Below are positions 1 to 12,225 of a stretch of 64,000 nucleotides of DNA, piece after piece. The notes beneath the pieces are model-generated. The model worked only from the letters and a program-made list of their open reading frames with translations. It made no database searches and was not told the origin of the DNA. The DNA lies in the NCBI GenBank assembly GCA_051362555.1, contig CM120648.1:6940587-7004586 (forward strand), read 5' to 3'. The position numbers and the translations under genes are program-made. Each line of letters starts with the position of its first letter. The first letter of the stretch is position 1. Source of the DNA: Lingula anatina. Lineage: Eukaryota > Animalia > Brachiopoda.

Positions 1-340
1 TTTATTTGTTTGCTTATCATAAAATTTATTAATTGAGTTATTTATTAAGTTATTTATTGAGATTGAGTGAGTAAGTTACTTAGAAACTTATATACTGGTA
101 TTGTTTATTTATTTATTTATTTATCAGACTTCTCATTGTTACTCATTCTCGAAATCTCCGTTCATTTTTGTCGTCATTCAGCAATTTAACTTCACTCTTC
201 TGTGCGTAAACTCATTTATTCATTTATTTACACGTGCTTTAGTCATGCCATCCATCAGTTTACTACATCTGCATGCACTTCGTTAGATGCTTTGATCGTC
301 CTTGATATATATGTATATAGCATATATATCATCCATTTAG

Positions 341-371
<31 letters not shown>

Positions 372-1194
372 AAAAGAAAAAAAGAACAGCAACTTTTTTT
401 GCCCCGACCGGTTTCTTTCTTTCTTCAGGGGGTTTATTGTTTATTTGCTACTAGGTGATGTCATAAACGCTAAAATGTGACGTCTGTAACAATGGGTGTT
501 TAATTGTTACTTTTACCAATGCTTTTATCTATTCAATGTAGGTTTATACTTATTAATGAATAGATTTTCTTTCATTTCTCTTTCTGTTTGGGTTGTTTCC
601 CTAGTGAATTTATAAAATGGGAATACCGTAAAGTCCTTGTTTTTGTTCATAGGGCATTCCCTAATATGCCCACTCACAGACGTGCACTGATCAATATTTA
701 GGTTGTCTTATTTGTTGTCTGTGAACGGTCATTCTATGTCGGAGAGTGTCTCCAGTTTGTCCTATATAGTTCTCACCGCATCCACTGCAAGTTAATACAC
801 AAAATTAAATTTGAGCTAGTCCAGGTGAATGGGTGTTTAATTCTAAAAGTAAGTCCATTTTTAAATGTTAGATGGCTCCCCTCTTTAATTAGTGGGCAGG
901 TGCCACACCTGGGTACCTCACATTTCTGTACTCGTATTGTTGAGGTTTCCATATTTGTCCTGGAATTGTTTTTCAATTTTGCTTTTGTTTAAATTTGCTT
1001 TAGTGATGGACTTTGTCTCTTACTCTTTATAATCTGCATTTCGGTTAGTATCTCATTCATTTTGTCATCTTGTTTTACCAAAGGTAAGTTTCCAGTTATG
1101 ACATTGTGTAACATTTAAAAATGGACTTACTTTTAGAATTAAACACCCATTCACCTGCACTAGCTCAAATTTAATTTATGTATTAACTTGCAGT
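341..1194 (-). mobile_element. Penelope-like retroelement (PLE) 3' fragment with degraded GIY-YIG endonuclease and an inverted terminal segment
   Basis: Minus strand reads CEVPRCGTCPLI...HPFT(W/C)TSSNLI, frameshift, then VLTCSGCGENYIGQTGDTLRHRMTVHRQQI (GIY-YIG motif). 1109-1194 is an inverted copy of 784-870. Hammerhead at 402-432. Abuts (TA)n and is flanked by a 101-bp direct repeat. Confidence 0.85.
402..432 (-). ncRNA. Minimal type I hammerhead ribozyme (PLE-type)
   Basis: Minus strand CCCC-CUGAAGA-AAGAAA-GAAAC-CG-GUC-GGGG. Intact CUGANGA/GAAA/GUC core, stem I CCCC/GGGG, palindromic stem III ACCGGU, essentially no stem II. Confidence 0.75.
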
Positions 1195-1293
1195 AGTCAT
1201 GCCATCCATCAGTTTACTACATCTGCATGCACTTCGTTAGATGCTTTGATCGTCCTTGATATATATGTATATAGCATATATATCATCCATTTA

Positions 1294-1371
<78 letters not shown>

Positions 1372-1446
1372 TCCAACCAACGCTCCCCTCTGACTCACTG
1401 AAAAATGGCATTCTAGTGATATCACAAATTGTTACCGTCGTTTTAG

Positions 1447-4400
1447 ATATCCCCATCAAGTGTCCGGCGGGGTACAAACCTAATGCTGCCAGGTCAGGAT
1501 GTGTAGGTGAGTTGATATACTGCCTCCCCCCCCCCTACCAGCTAGGGGTTACATGTACCTCTGAAAACTGATCAAATGAACAAAACTTGACATTTATTGC
1601 GTCATGGATCTTGCACATATGACAACTTTGTTAAACAATGGGCACAATGGTTACCACTTTTTGTTGAAGGGGAATAGCAGTAGCATCCCTTTCTTTATCT
1701 TTTGGGTTTAAGTTTTCTATTATATTTTATTTAATTTTGTTTTGTTAATCAGCAGGCACTTAGAGATGAAGTTACTATATTTGAGTGAAATGGACAGACA
1801 ACTAATTAGTCTATTTTTGTAAACACAACTGTGTAATGCAAGGATAATATACATATTAGCAGTGACCAAGTATGAGTGTTGTGCGTACGTGGGTATGTGT
1901 GCGTGTATGAAAGGAACATATATATATACTCTATTTGTGTTTATTTATTTACTTATTATTATTTTTTTCCATAATAAAAAAAAAATTTAAAAAAAAAAAA
2001 AAAAACTTGACATTTATGGTGGGACTTTTTAATACACCACCGAAATTGGAGTGCATTTACCATACGTTACCCTATACTCATACGTCCAAAATTTGCCTTA
2101 GTCCCCAGAATTGTGACAACAATATTTTTTCCAGTGTCTCCTTTTTTTCGAAGTAGGGAATTAGGAATTTATTTATTTATTTATTTGTCACAACCAATGA
2201 CGTTTTGTTTTTGTTTGAATTTTGTTTGACTGTAGTTTTATTTTTCATTTGTTTATTCATTTGTTCACTCATTTGTCGGGCTTACAAACATAATAGTTTT
2301 CGTTTGGGTAAGTGTCCGCTACGAACAGATATCCGACGATACAACCGTTTACATGTTTATTGTTTATGTTTTTTCTTCTTCTTCTTTTCTAAGACATTGA
2401 CGAATGTCAACAGCAGCCTCCGGTCTGTGGCCACTCCTGTGTGAACACACCCGGCTCGTATCAGTGTGGTTGCCCGGATGGTTACCGGTTACATCCCAAC
2501 GGCATTCATTGTATCGGTGAGTCCATGAGCAGTCCAAAATGCCAAACACTGGAAATGAAATAATTTGTTAAGTCCGATTTCCTTGGCGTTGATGCATTAT
2601 TAATTTACGGTTAATGCCAGTTTTCCGTTTTTATCCCCATCACACTGTTACTTGAAATTAGTATATACGATCATTTAATAAACCGATAATTAGTTTCAAT
2701 TTGGAGTGACATATCGTTTTTCATGATTCTAACCATGCCAAGACTCCCAGGCCAGTTCTTACATTCATGGACAGTACTCCCTACAATTTTTTTTAATCAA
2801 AATAGGCAAAAAAAAATCATCATCCAAACTTCCAAATCAAGGTACTTAGTGTTGCGTTTCAACGTGTACTTTCACTTATCATTTTACGCTTCAAACAAAC
2901 ATTTCCCACCCGTCTTTTTTTTCAGACATAAATGAATGCAGAATAAACAATGGCGGATGCTCCGACACGTGTTATAATACGCCCGGATCTTTCAATTGTA
3001 AATGCCCACGTGGATTTCAGCTAATGGCCGGCGGCAAGATTTGTGAACGTAAGTCAAGACAAACTATAGGAGAACACGTGGGGTTAATTTAGGTTCACAT
3101 CGAGTTGTCACTAGATGTTTGTGATATATCTCTGGCTTATTCTACGAACACATCCATGGACTGTAGGAATAAGATTTTAATGACGCCATTACCCAGGTGT
3201 CCCCTGGTAAAGAGTGGCAAAAGTTTGACTTGAAACATCCTAAACAAAATCCCGGCATAATAACAAAACGCGCTTTCAATCAGTAATTAGAAAAAAATCA
3301 TCAGATAAGTACGTGCACTAAAGACCCCGTTAAAAAAAAAAACTTGCAGGCAAGATTTTGCAGCGAAACTTAAATATTTCCCTTTCATTTATCTATATTA
3401 GAAAAGTACAAATGTCTTGGGTTCGGATGTGCACACAACTGCCACCAGGCGGAGGTTTGGTATGAACCTTACTGTACGTGTAACTTGGGCTATAAGCTGG
3501 CAGATAATGGAAAGGACTGTGTGGGTAAGGACATCGCTAGCTTTGCAATCACTGTCAGTTATCTCCTGCATATAACTTTATTTATGTATTTATTTTTTTT
3601 CTTTGGTCTGTGTATTTTTAATTTACTACTTATCTTTTTTCATTTGTTCATTGGTTTATTATGTATTCATTTGTTTGTTTGCAACGCTTAATTCAAAGTC
3701 CACGTACTAGTAAACTGCATACAGTATATTTCTATTTACAATGAACGTGTGAGTTGGTATTGCAGATATTCTGTTGGAAATGGAGGCATTTAAAACCAAC
3801 AACTATCGGTAATTCACGGCCATGACAACAGGATTCAGTTTAAGAACCCGTGCTTAAATGCAGTTTAATACCCGCTATAATTCCATTACACAGATATGAA
3901 CGAATGTGGATTCTTTCACCGATGTGACACTAGTTCAGGAGCTACTTGTGTGAACGTAGTTGGGAGCTACAAGTGCGTCTGCAATGAACCAAATAAAGTC
4001 CTCAGTGCTGACAAATTAAAATGTGAATTAAAGGGTAAGCCCAACGTTCTAAAGAAGGCATGATCTAAACAGACGCACACCTGTGTCTAGTTCTTGCTTA
4101 TTTATCAAAAGGGTTATTGTGTTCTAAGCTGTACAGTGTGCAGTGTATGTTGCTAATAATAGTAATGATCGTGATTTTTTCAGTTTATTATAGAATATAC
4201 AATAGAAATTCATTTCTGGTAGCTCGTTTAACTGTGTATACCGTTTCTATGGGTCAGGGTAACCTCGGACTGGTAACTCACTGACCAGATATAATTGAAC
4301 AAAATAAACCACAAAAGTTGTTCAAATGATGTAAAATCGTTGTATAACTTCATATGTTATTTATTTCTTTAAGTAGCCCATAAAAGGTTCTTTAAAGAAA

Positions 4401-7378
4401 GAAACACATGACTAAAATTTCCCTCTTCGCGAGTTGATCAGTGCCAACCATTAAAATCCATATGGGGTCACAACACAAGTTACTCGCTCAATTATTCTAT
4501 GTTCATTTGAATTAAATCCTTTTCTAGCGCAAGTGACCTGCTCGTCTTTGGGGTGCAGTAACGGATGTGACGACACACGCTACCCGCCTGTTTGCACGTG
4601 TCCCAATGGTTACCGCCTGGACACCAATGGACGAGATTGCTCAGGTGATTGTTTACATGCACCGTGATGCACGTGTATGTAAAATTCAGCTTTTTCCCCT
4701 CTCTATTGACTCACGTAGGCGAAAAAGGTCCTGCTCACCGTTAATTTTTTAATTCATCTATTTATTTAATTCTTCATGTAAATTTATTTACATGCTTTGA
4801 TCCTAGAACATCACTGAATATTGTACAATTCCCCGCCCTCCACACCGTTTATTGATATTCATCAACCTCACAAGTTTATGTCACTAAGGGTTCCTGTCTT
4901 ATGAGAAGTAAAGTAACATAAAACTTATACAGATCAATGTTGTTTTAGATGTGGACGAGTGCGCTGAGCAAACCCATGGCTGCACGGACACGTGCATCAA
5001 CACCGCTGGAGATTACCGCTGTGAGTGCCCGGCTGGTAAACGACTCAGCAACGATCTGAAGACCTGCGTCAGTAAGTGTCGGGTTTCCATCATTAAAATC
5101 CACAGATATTTAATTACCACGTGTCATTTCTCGAAATGGTGAAATCGAGTACTCAACCCGCCTTCCCAGCTACTGCCCTCCCCTCTTGCAATTTCAACTA
5201 CATGTAAATCAACTACCACATGCCTTTTCAGCTCCTCATCCTCTGCCCAAGTTTCAACTATTTCAACTATCACGTGGCATTTCGCGGTATGGTTTAACCG
5301 CATCCTCACCTTCCCCCCCCCCTCGTCCCCCTCCCTCCTGGCCCCCTAAAGCTACAGCTAGTCATCATTCCTTATCAATTCCAGGCCTTTCACACGTGGC
5401 GTGTCCCATGCCGACACTATTCAGGGGCAGCGTGAACTGCACGTCCACTTCGTACAACCCAGGCACCATATGTACCCGGTCCTGCAGAACAGGGTTCGCA
5501 TTGTCCGGTCCTCCCAGCATCAGGTGCCAGGACAATGGAGTCTGGACCCCCGACATCCCGGCACAGTGTACAGGTAAGTAATGGCTGCACGGGTTATAAT
5601 ATCATAAAGCCTGCAACATGGTGTTGTCTCAAGTTTTATGGTTTTATACTGGTAAGTACCATTGAAAAAATCCTACATACAAAGTACATGTAGATGGAAT
5701 TTGTATAATGTCTCTTTTTTTATTAAAAAAAGACCTTGGTTTTCAGATATAGACGAGTGTGCAAACAACAATGGCGGCTGCGAACAAACCTGCATCAATT
5801 TCCTTGGCCAACACGCATGCGCGTGTCAATCAGGATTCCTCCTCAGAACGGACCGAAAGCATTGCAAAGGTGACGAAAAACATTATTTTTTGTTTCTTAA
5901 CAACGGGTTTCAGGCAGGCATATTTAAAAGGTTACCAACTATATATTTCAGTACCGAGTTACAAAGAAAATTCAATTATACCGGTAAGTCAAAAGAAACG
6001 CAAAGAATACAGTTAATGCATCGTACCCACAAGACCATTCTACATGTATAGTCAGTGTGTGTTCTACACGGATACCCTGAATGCACATTTTCATTTTCTA
6101 TTCCCATAGACGCCGAAAACCCAGAGTTCACAAACTGCCCAAGCAACATAGAAGTCAACACGCAATTGTCCTACGCCACTGTCACGTGGCCGGAAGTGAC
6201 ATACACAGACAATGTCGGGGTCGTAAACGTGGTTGGTCCACAAACTAATGAACAGAATTTTACCATCGGAGTTCATAAGGTGAAAATCACGATATTCGAT
6301 GCTGAAGGAAACTCGGCACTTTGTTCCTTTAAGGTCCACGTGAAGGGTAAGTATTGGCGTTTGTGCCTTATCCTGCGTAATAATATGTGTTATCTTATGA
6401 GAATTTGCCAACTGAATTTTTTTGTTTTTCTGAAAACCGACATATATTACAACTGTTGAATTTCCATAACATTTTCTACGATGGAAGTAAGTTTATTTCT
6501 TCATCCAGTCTAGCAGTACTACTTAGACTATAGTCTATTTAGACTATACTGACAGGAATGACGTCCGGAAACAAACCAGATTATAATCCTAATTAATGGT
6601 TATACTTTTTAATATTTCATTCACTAAATTGACAAATGTTTTAGCGATCATGTTTATTCTCTTCCTACGTTTATTGTTGATTCTGACCACGTCCGTAGGC
6701 AGGTGAGGGGTGTTGGGGGGGGGGGGGGGAGGTTTCTGGGATTCAAAAGAACCGACCTTTTGGCATGAAAAGATCCACTCTGAACCAGAGGTATTCTGCC
6801 ATTTCTCATGTTGGATCAATTAAGGGGTTACAGTTCAACTCTTTTTCAGCAAAAATCAACCTAGCTCTTTCAAAATTGCTGGCAAATCCTCTGCTGGTGC
6901 ATAAAGCTTACCCCCCCCCCCCCCCCAAACCGTTCAAATAACTGAACTTTGGTGTTCGTCTTTTTATTCCCCCGTTTATCCGTTTTATTCATTAGATTTG
7001 GAACTGCCTGTCGTCAGCAATTGCCCGGATGACATCAACAGGTTTGTTCTGGAGGGTGTCATGGTGAAGGAGGTCACATGGCCCGAGCCAACTTTTTCGG
7101 ACAACTCCGGCAGCGTCACGGTGACGGATAACATTCCCACCGATAATCTGTTTCCCATGGGAGAGTACAATGTTAGATACCAGGCTGCCGACCCGAGTGG
7201 GAACATCGCCGTCTGTACCTTCTTGGTAAACTTGACACGTGAGTATGCAACCATAAGCTGTACAAAAGTATTCTCACAAGACTAATGTAGACCCAAATAG
7301 TTAAACTGTTTACCGTCCTGTTCGCAGAAAGACCCATTGTATATATATTTATGTTTTGGTCTACTCTTTATTCTGTCA

Positions 7379-7418
<40 letters not shown>

Positions 7419-8865
7419 TAAGTTGGCATTTTGCAAAGTAGGCCTTAAACGAGAAATCTTTTGAGTCGCACTTGACTGCCCAAAAACTCAAACTTGATTA
7501 AGTGGAGATGTACAGGCTGTCTGTGCATTGAAGCACTTCGATGGACTCACAACGTTAAGTTAATGTTATGAATGAGGTAAATGAATTCAAAATGACGCAT
7601 GTTTCCAATTGTTTGCAGTATTTCCCGCTAAAAAATTCGCCTTAAACAAGACGATCTTCCACTTTTTCCAGGTGTCAACTGCCCTGATCTGAGGCAACCA
7701 GTTAATGGTTCAATAACGTGCGATACGTCAGCCATCAATCCCTTCTGTGAAGCGAAATGTGATGCCGGTTTTGAATTTCTGAAATCTCCCCCCGAGCAAT
7801 ATGTTTGTGGAGCGGACGGAGGGTGGATCCCTTCTGACAACGTCCCGGATTGCCATCGTAAGTGACGTAAAGACTCCCGCCAAGGAAGTGATATTTTTGC
7901 CTGCGTTGATTTGTTAGATAATTATTTTCAGTCTAACTCAAAACGTCATGGGCAGATTTTGATGAAATTTTCAGGGTGGCTAAGAAATGCTTGCACTTAT
8001 GATCAATTCGATTTTGGGGGCGACATTAAACACAGTTTTTTTTTTTTTTTTTTTTTTTTTGGATAATTTTCACATTTACTCTCATTATTCTAGGCACTTT
8101 CACGCCGACTGCCGCAAAAGCAACATTCAGCGCCCGCTACGCTCACGTGTGCAAGGATCCGGAAAACGACCCAGTATTTATCAAACAAACCATAATGCCG
8201 ATGTTCCAGTCTCAGCACGTCCAGAGTCTCCAGTTCGCCTGTATCAACAAACCCTGTATCTTCACAGACCCCGTCATAACCTGCAGAGAAAAGGATCTAC
8301 TTCTCACGTTCTCCAGTAACGAAGACCTCTCAGGGGGGCTGGACCTGGATGCCTACGTAAACGGCGTTTTAGCTGAAGTCCAGAAACAGAGATATGACTC
8401 ATTTTTTCTCACGCTTATCATTCCTGGAACTCCGGAGTTCTTCTTTCCACCAATCGCGGATTTGGAAAACAGGAAGATAGACGTTCAGCTCAGTTTGACA
8501 TGCGCAGATGGACAGGTCCAGATACGTAATAAATGCGGTAGGTGCCCAGTGCTTTGAGTCATTGCGTTAGTTGAGATGCGTGCAATAGTGTGGCGAATAA
8601 AGACTAGGTTATTCTGATTGAAACACTCGTTTTTAGGACTGGATTACGTCACGGGAGGACGTAATCACAGCTCTAATTAGGCACTTTCATGCCAAAAAGC
8701 CAACTCATTACTGTAACAGTTTTGAAAATTAAAGATGGGACATGGGGCGCACACAAACAGCGATAATGATTGGGAACCGTCCTTATATGACTTTTTCCTT
8801 ATATTTCAGTGGAGTGTCCGCCCGGGGAGCCAGACTGCCCCCTGATTCAACCTGGACTCGCGTAG
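1447..8865 (+). CDS. 3' part of a multi-exon EGF/cbEGF-Sushi-HYR extracellular protein (SVEP1/SCUBE/fibrillin-like architecture); 5' end probably outside the window
   Basis: Phase-1 GT/AG exons in one continuous frame: 1447-1506, 2394-2516 ([25 protein letters not shown], cbEGF), 2926-3048 ([16 protein letters not shown]), 3402-3524, 3894-4034 (DMNECG), 4528-4644, 4949-5071 (DVDECAEQ), 5385-5573 (Sushi), 5747-5869 ([12 protein letters not shown]), 6110-6346 (HYR), 6996-7238 (HYR), 7672-7857 (Sushi), 8094-8537, 8810-8865 ([18 protein letters not shown]). No TM segment seen. Confidence 0.9.
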
Positions 8866-9572
8866 AGACTTTTAAGAGAAGAAAATGAGAGGCTGTGTGC
8901 AGTGAACTCTTCGACCTTGACCTTAGTCTGACATCACGCCATTTCCAAAGGCAGATGGACAGTGTGGCTTAAAAACGTGGTCCAAATAGATATAGCCAAC
9001 TATGGGCGCACTAAGAGAATTCTTGCACAAATCTGACTGCGGGCATTTTTATCCGGCTATAAATCGTGATAAATCTGCAGACTTTGCAAATTGTTGATTT
9101 ATACGCAAAGCGGGAAGACTTTCAGGAATAAATATCCCTTCAATATATATATGCCCTGTAGAAAGTTGTAGTCTTAACGTTTGCCTGTTCATTTTCATTA
9201 TGCCTATTACTTCAGACCCACCAATTGAAGATACCTGGACCGAATGTTCAATGGAATATATTCCATCAAATTTCGTGCCTTTTTGTATTCTGCTGTAATC
9301 CACCTAGAAAATATTTCTTACGGTTTTGAGGATTTTTTAATGTGTAATAACTTTAATCTCGTAATATTGTAAATCGCTTTTACTCCTTTTGCTATGGTTG
9401 CTAAACGTGCATGCATGGTCAAAGGAATGAAAAACAAATTAATGGGATGGTTCAGAACTGGAAACTCATCTCTTTTTCATCAAAATGAAAATTAGTTTTC
9501 ACAGTTTATTCATACACTTGTTTGTGCCTAAGCCAAACAAAATATACTAATATACAAAAGTTTGTATACATC

Positions 9573-9578
9573 AATAAA
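9573..9578 (+). terminator. Candidate polyadenylation signal of the EGF/HYR gene
   Basis: AATAAA about 700 nt downstream of the 8865 stop. Confidence 0.35.
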
Positions 9579-9591
9579 CGGTTGAACATAA

Positions 9592-9668
9592 AAGTCCGAA
9601 GGTTCATTAGTCCAAAGGTTTATATGTCGTCAGAGGTCCTAAGTCCGAAGGTTCATTAGTCTGATGGT
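9592..9668. repeat. Short degenerate ~16-bp tandem repeat (agtccgaaggttcatt)
   Basis: Four to five imperfect copies of agtccgaaggttcatt. Confidence 0.6.
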
Positions 9669-9982
9669 TGCTCTTTCATTGCTTGCTATGTGCGTCTTAA
9701 ATTACTTTTGTTTCCACGGTACCTTAAAATTGCTCGTCTCACTTGCGAACTCAAACATTTTTTTTTTTACTTTGTACACTCTCATCTTTCTCAGTACGCC
9801 AACACCGGCGTGTATGTAGTGGTATTTCCAAAGTGAAATGACGAATTGCCGTACAGATAATAAGACATAATTCTCAGTCTTTATCACCTTTTAAATCGCC
9901 GTGCACGCACCATCGTTAGAACCCTGCGTTAGACGGACTTAAATACTAATTAACGCTCGTAATGCTGTCCACTCCAAAAAAG

Positions 9983-12166
9983 TCAAAGTGGCCATGATGG
10001 CGCGCCTAACAACTTCAACTGCAGGACGTTTTTGCCGCACACGTCGTGAAAACGGCGGGGGTTCTCTCCGCTGCTTTTGGTGTGGAACACAATGCTGGGA
10101 TTGTGGTAGACGAGATTGTGCGAATTGTGCTGACTTTTCACTCTCGTTGTGTCAGGAGGCTGGAGAACTGGGTCTATGGACCCCAGAACTGACCGAATGG
10201 TTGACCTTTCTACTGTGCGTTGCGTCTGGATGAAATGGATAGATTTGTCAAAAGCTACTGAGAGGTTTTGTATTTGAAAGTCACGCTTATCAGTACCTGC
10301 GTCCCATTGTTGAGATTATTTTAAGTTAACCGGCATGTTTAGAGCAAGATAATAGGAGATATGTTGTCATATTATTCGCTTTTCTATATAATCTTTCATT
10401 ATATACCCAAACCATTTACTTCCTTATTAACTGTTATAATTTCAATCAAAAAGTTTAATTGTTTTACCTCCTGACTTCGCTCCGAGCCTCGTCTTTGTCT
10501 GAACTGGCCGGACTTCATTTCACTTGCAATACAACGTGCTTTCTGAAATAAATACTTCATATGACCAAAAGAACGAAATTGTCTTATTCACAAACTCAAG
10601 ATTATCAATCTTGGTACCAGTACATCTAAAAACCTAAAAAAAATTGTTGATATCATGTGTGGGAGGCGTCAGGGTAACAATGATTTGTACGGGTCAGAAG
10701 AACCCTAACCTATACGAATCTAATGGACGGAATACTCGCCACTGCACGAAGTTTTTCACATCTCTCAACTACACTCAGTTTTTTTAAATATACAATAAAA
10801 CCTGCTACGAAAATGACCCTTGGTTTTCAAAATGATGAAATATTAGAAACGGAGATAATATCTGCATTATAAGACATTGTGCGACTATGTACAACCGGAG
10901 GTAAAAATAGCAGCTTTTGAGGTACAAAAAGTGTGAAAGATAAAGTGTTCACCTGTGCTTACCTTTGCGCTGTGTATTAATGCTGAGACACCGAGAACGA
11001 CTGCAATCAATGACATTCCCGCGGCAGTGAGACCGATAATCAGACCTGGAACCAAGGGTTTATTCTACAGTTTATTGTATTGCCCGTGTTTTTTATGCCC
11101 GGCCCACACCACCAAGTACAAGCTGAGCTACTGACGTTTCAGAAGAATAAAAATAAAATTGCATGATTTCGAAACATTTATAAAGAAAATCGCTTACCCA
11201 AGTCGCAACGCTTAATTCCTATTTCTTGCGATAAGTAAGAGCAACCCCCGTCGGTTGTTTCAAGAACTTTTGGCCTGTGAGTCGTCTGCCCAGGCGACGA
11301 ATTTTCTCTTGTGACAGCGTCGGTTGACGTATTCACGTGTTCGCATGGGGTGCACTCTAAAAAAAGTAGGCTAGTTTCAGCTTACACGCGTGCAAAATTA
11401 CTATTTTAAGTCAAAATTTCTACAGCAACGAGACCTATGAGGTTGATGTACAAATACATTTTATTTGTAATTGATTTGCTTTTTTCATAACTATTGTTTT
11501 ATATAATCAGTTGTTTTTTCCTGATATATCATATGCGAATTGCCGTTACCATCTAGACATTGACACAAACAGAATGATTATGAATATTTTTGTAAAAGTA
11601 TCACGTAAAACGGTTGAATTATTTACAATGTTTTGGACAGTTTGAACAATCGTATAATTAGTTACACGTATTGTAGAATAGGCGCTGTGTTTAAACTGGA
11701 TGTGTTTATTGTCGATCTTAAATAATAAAATTAACGCAAAAGATTTTCAACATAAAGGTATTAATTTTCACAGACTGCTTTGTGTTCGACAGGAATATTA
11801 TTAAAATAGCACAAACAACAAAACTCACCATACTGACAGATAAATGGAAACAAAGAATATCGGCCTGCACACGGAAAATCACTCCATTTCCATCCGTCAG
11901 TTTTCCTCATAACCATGCAATCCTCGTTGTGGTATCGAGGCCAAATCGTTTCCGGTTGACCCTGAGCCCAGTTGAAATAGGTCACAGCTTGGCCTGGTGA
12001 AAAATAAACACTAAGTAAACAGAGACTTTGATGTCGGTTTTGCGCGCCAATGATATAAGGCAAAAACCATGTGATTCATCCCATACAATGTAGCCTACTG
12101 GTACTGGTACTATAATGTGATTCCTTGAATAGATTATGGTCGCGGTTTACCAAATACACATACATG

Positions 12167-12225
<59 letters not shown>

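Larger units (their letters stand above)
240..1294. repeat. 101-bp direct repeat pair (240-340 and 1194-1294) flanking the PLE, each copy followed by (TA)n
   Basis: tagtcatgccatccatcagtttactacatctgcatgcacttcgttag...catccatttag occurs on both sides of the element. Confidence 0.9.

Noticed and set aside
1295-1368. ORFs running through (TA)n, (GA)n and (CA)n tracts (YIYIYI, ERERER, HTHTHT) here and elsewhere
   Set aside because: Simple microsatellites with no coding evidence.
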